64,000 nt of DNA from contig OZ281497.1 of the NCBI GenBank assembly GCA_965637545.1, positions 15,314,001 through 15,378,000 on the forward strand, written 5' to 3'. This document shows positions 60,657-64,000 of this stretch, piece after piece (position 1 is the first letter of the stretch; every line of letters starts with the position of its first letter). The stretch comes from Phallusia mammillata (Eukaryota). Both the position numbers and the translations under genes were made by a program. The notes under the pieces are model-generated. The model was not told the origin of the DNA. It ran no database searches and was given only the letters and a program-made list of their open reading frames with translations.

Positions 60657-60885
60657 GTCTGACAAGCGCAGTAGTTCCAAAAACTAGTACCAAAAAAAAA
60701 ATCCGGATCGATTTGGCATAGGAAGGAGTTTCAATCTTTTTCCAGTTGGACAAAAAATATGCTTTGCTGTGCAGCAAATCATGCGTGTTAAACCAATCAA
60801 GTGAATCGTTTTAATATACCGCATACATTTTGCACTGTGATGATTTTATCATAAAGTAACGGCAAGTCAAGGTAAATCAATCCTA

Positions 60886-62253
60886 ATGATGGAAAGTTTA
60901 GACAACGTAGTTGTGACTGAAGTCACTGACGAAAATATTCAACAGCTATGGGATTCAATCCTGGCCAACATGCAAGAAGCATCTTTTATTGCCATTGATG
61001 CCGAAATGAGCGGTCTTGGGGATAAATCAGGCACTATGCATCCTAACATTGACCAGCGATATACTTCCTTATGTTCAGGAGCACGTTCTCATTCTGTAAT
61101 ATCTTTGGGTATGGCTTGTTTTAAAATGTGTACAAACAGCAGTAATAGCAATGATTGTTCTGCAAACATTATCAAATCTTGTGTTGTTGTGTACAATTTC
61201 GTTCTTTTATGTGCTGAACCATATACAATTGACCCAACTGCAGTAAAGTTTCTGATAGAACATGGCTTTAACTTTAACAAACAATTTGCAAATGGGCTTC
61301 CTTATAAAAAGGGAAATGACAAACCAGATTATGATCCTAAACAGCATTCAATTAGAAGTTTATTTTCAGAGTTGCTTTGCCTAAGAAAACCATTAGTTCT
61401 TCATAATGGTTTCACAGATCTAATTTTTCTTTATCAGTCTTTTTATGCGGATTGTCCATCAAAACTCTCTGCATTTATGGCAGATTTATCAGAAATGTTT
61501 CCAGCTGGGATATATGACACCAAATACATAACTGAGTTTGTTGATCATGCATCTGCCTCATATTTGTTGTATGTGTTCAAGCTTGCTTGTTTAAAAAATA
61601 CTGATCAGAAAAAAGGAAATAAGACATCACTAAATGTTGAATTTGTTGAGCATAATAACCATAGTGTGTTGGTTTCCATGAACTGTGATGTAAAACACAA
61701 AGCAGAGAAAAGTAATGATGTATGTATGAAGTTCGCTGCTTATGGATGGTGCATCAAGGGTACTGCATGTTCCAAAAGCCACAACACTGATGAAATTATC
61801 AAATTTCACATGCAAAAGTCAGGCAACCGCAAAAGAAAGAATCAAGTTGAAAGTGCTTTAAATGAAACTATAAAGAAAAAGAAAGAAGAAAGTGATCTCA
61901 CTAAATGTGAGTTCCAAAAGAACAATGAAATAGAAAAGAATGATTCAAAAGGACCAAAGACATCAAATTCTTCTCAAGGCCACAGATCTGGTACTGATGC
62001 ATTCATGACTGGTTACACATTTGCCATGTTGGTTGTTTCTCATGCACAACAAATGCCTGAAGAAACAGCCAACCCAAACAAAATTGGTGTTTATTCAAAT
62101 GCTATACCTTTTCTACCCCAAGATCTACAAAAATCAATCATAAACAAACTGTACCTAAGTGGTAAAAATATTCCCTTGCAAGTGTGCAAAAGCAGTTTTA
62201 CAAAAACTTCTAAAAATCATACTGAAAAAATCATTCGAGTGTATTTGAGTTAA
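60886..62253 (+). CDS. TOE1: Target of EGR1 protein 1 (CAF1-family DEDD deadenylase with CCCH zinc finger)
   Basis: IAIDAEMSGLG, LVLHNGFTDL, GIYDTKY, C-x8-C-x5-C-x3-H finger (CMKFAAYGWCIKGTACSKSH), basic RKRK, HRSGTDAFMTGY, NKLYLSGK. Confidence 0.93.
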   Translation: MMESLDNVVVTEVTDENIQQLWDSILANMQEASFIAIDAEMSGLGDKSGTMHPNIDQRYTSLCSGARSHSVISLGMACFKMCTNSSNSNDCSANIIKSCVVVYNFVLLCAEPYTIDPTAVKFLIEHGFNFNKQFANGLPYKKGNDKPDYDPKQHSIRSLFSELLCLRKPLVLHNGFTDLIFLYQSFYADCPSKLSAFMADLSEMFPAGIYDTKYITEFVDHASASYLLYVFKLACLKNTDQKKGNKTSLNVEFVEHNNHSVLVSMNCDVKHKAEKSNDVCMKFAAYGWCIKGTACSKSHNTDEIIKFHMQKSGNRKRKNQVESALNETIKKKKEESDLTKCEFQKNNEIEKNDSKGPKTSNSSQGHRSGTDAFMTGYTFAMLVVSHAQQMPEETANPNKIGVYSNAIPFLPQDLQKSIINKLYLSGKNIPLQVCKSSFTKTSKNHTEKIIRVYLS

Positions 62254-63800
62254 TAAAATTATTTTTACACTTTGTTTTATTGATATGTTTCAGTGTAAGT
62301 GATTTTAATAGTTTCAATAAACATAGTTAAAACTGATCACGTGAAATGAATCTGAAAGGAAACACATTTTGAGGTGCAAAACAAATTTACTGGATAAGTT
62401 GGAATGTGAGTAATAAGTTGAAATGTGAGTATTATACATAAACATTTAGATACAAAGAGCATTTGTTTATGACCTGTTGCTAGCTCAAACTTTGTTTTCT
62501 ACTCTATGTTCTATTGAAAGTTTAACATTTTAGCCTAATAATAATATCTTGTAAGCATAGTATGATTCTTCTGTATGAACAAACTTTTTACTTTTAAAGA
62601 ATATTCGACCAACTGATAATTGGTTTAATGAAAAACACAATGTAAACATTTTGTGTGTGATGTATTTAAAACAAATGATTTACCAGAAATATACATGGTA
62701 TAATCGAGAGATGGAAACAATTTTTTGCATTGATTTTTACTGCAATTTGCAAGTAATGATTAAAAAACAGCACCTGCCCACCCCAAGTTTTCTGTGTTTT
62801 TTGCATAATATTTGACTAAAAACTTTAAATTTTTTTGTGTAATGCAATAGCTTAATTGCAAATTGTGAGCTTCGTTGTCAAAACATAGGTCATCGTTGAA
62901 TAGCACTTAGGAAACGGAAAGCAGCTGTTTATCCAAGTGTCATTTACTTAACATGTGTTTACACCGGATTTCAAACATCAAATGTTTGAATCGGCAAAGC
63001 AGACTTGTTTGTGCCAACAAGTTTCCACGGTTATTCTCTCACAAAGCGCGATTTCTGACACCATGAAAATGGTTTAAAAACCCTGTTCAAAGTTCAAACA
63101 TTGCTTTTGATCGTACCTTTTATTTAACAATCGCACCTGGCTGCGTTGGTTAGGAGAACAGAGCCGTGGTGGCCCTTCAAGTATATTCATATCCTCGCTT
63201 GATGGCGCACCTGGACTTTTGGCATTCGGTCGCGCCAGTTAAAGCAAATTTCAACTTTCTCCACAACCGCGGCTGCGAATTTAGCGCTAGTCATGCGTGT
63301 CGCTCCTTTTGGATGGAATTGTTCACACAGCGCACCGTTCAGGTAAGCACTACACTTTTATTCTTCTCAAGAGACGTTCAGTTTTACTACTGCAGAGGTA
63401 GTAATTGTCCCAGAAAGTCTGTTGGAAATTTGACAGCCAGAACTGCTTGTTATAGACTTATAATAATGTCTTCCGTCGTGTTTTGCCTCGGAGCAACGGT
63501 GTTTTGTAGTGACCATTGAATGTCGTTCCGACAAATCAAGCGCAGGTTTGAGATTCAATAGGATTTAGATATATATCAACCGCTATACCCATCGGCGGTT
63601 AGTTTGAGAAAAAAAGTTTGTCAACCACCTTCTAAATTGAAAGTGTCATAATTAGGCCAGAAAGTTGTTTTTACTCGGTGAAAGATAGCTACAGGTGTTG
63701 CAGTATGTAAGGAATATGTAAACGTTCAGCCTGTGATATGTAATTAATATGTACGTTGTGTTAAGAACTTACTTTATAACTTTATACATTTCGTTTTCAG

Positions 63801-63924
63801 GAGTGAAACAGCAGACATTGGCATTGTTAGGCAGCAGGCCTTTTCGGCGCGAATTGTTTGACGGCCGTTTCATTGCTGTGATTTCAAAACTCTATAAACA
63901 TGGCGCAGATATTTGCTGCTTTCG
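63801..63924 (+). other. probable exon of the next gene, possible start ATG at 63900
   Basis: Good acceptor TTTCGTTTTCAG at 63800 and donor G|GTAAGT at 63924; an upstream donor CAG|GTAAGC near 63342. Product not recognisable. Confidence 0.35.
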
Positions 63925-64000
63925 GTAAGTCAGCGTGTTCCTTTTGTATGCTAGCGCCCAACAAAGGACAGGCTGTTTCGTTTGTTGTCGCAAGGAGTCC

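Noticed and set aside
63166-63519. 117-aa ORF as a protein-coding exon
   Set aside because: No recognisable homology, and splicing its donor (about 63342) to the 63801 acceptor hits an immediate stop; more likely 5' UTR.

Overview
Eukaryotic, AT-rich animal DNA with short spliceosomal introns. A tunicate-like marine invertebrate is my inference from intron size, repeat types and gene style, not a proven assignment. From left to right: two tandem UNC93A-like MFS genes on the minus strand (one cut by the window edge, one probably disabled); a tandem array of seven 5-exon SLC2/GLUT-like transporter genes on the plus strand plus two exon relics, partly built by tandem segmental duplication; a 4-exon Ser-type (theta/delta-like) glutathione S-transferase; a 4.5-kb P-superfamily transposon; an intronless TOE1; and possible 5' exons of a further gene. 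Introns and spacers hold many non-autonomous hAT, Mutator-like and Tc1-like elements with readable TSDs, plus a LINE relic. The strongest candidate for something new is the P element. It has perfect 31-bp TIRs and a 7-bp palindromic TSD. Its 15-exon THAP transposase stops soon after the catalytic Glu, and a second, convergent ORF resembles the missing C-terminal domain. Right beside it sits a 30-bp remnant that looks like the excision footprint of another P element at the same target. All gene models were spliced by hand, so boundaries may be off by a few bases, and homologies come from motif recognition rather than database searches.
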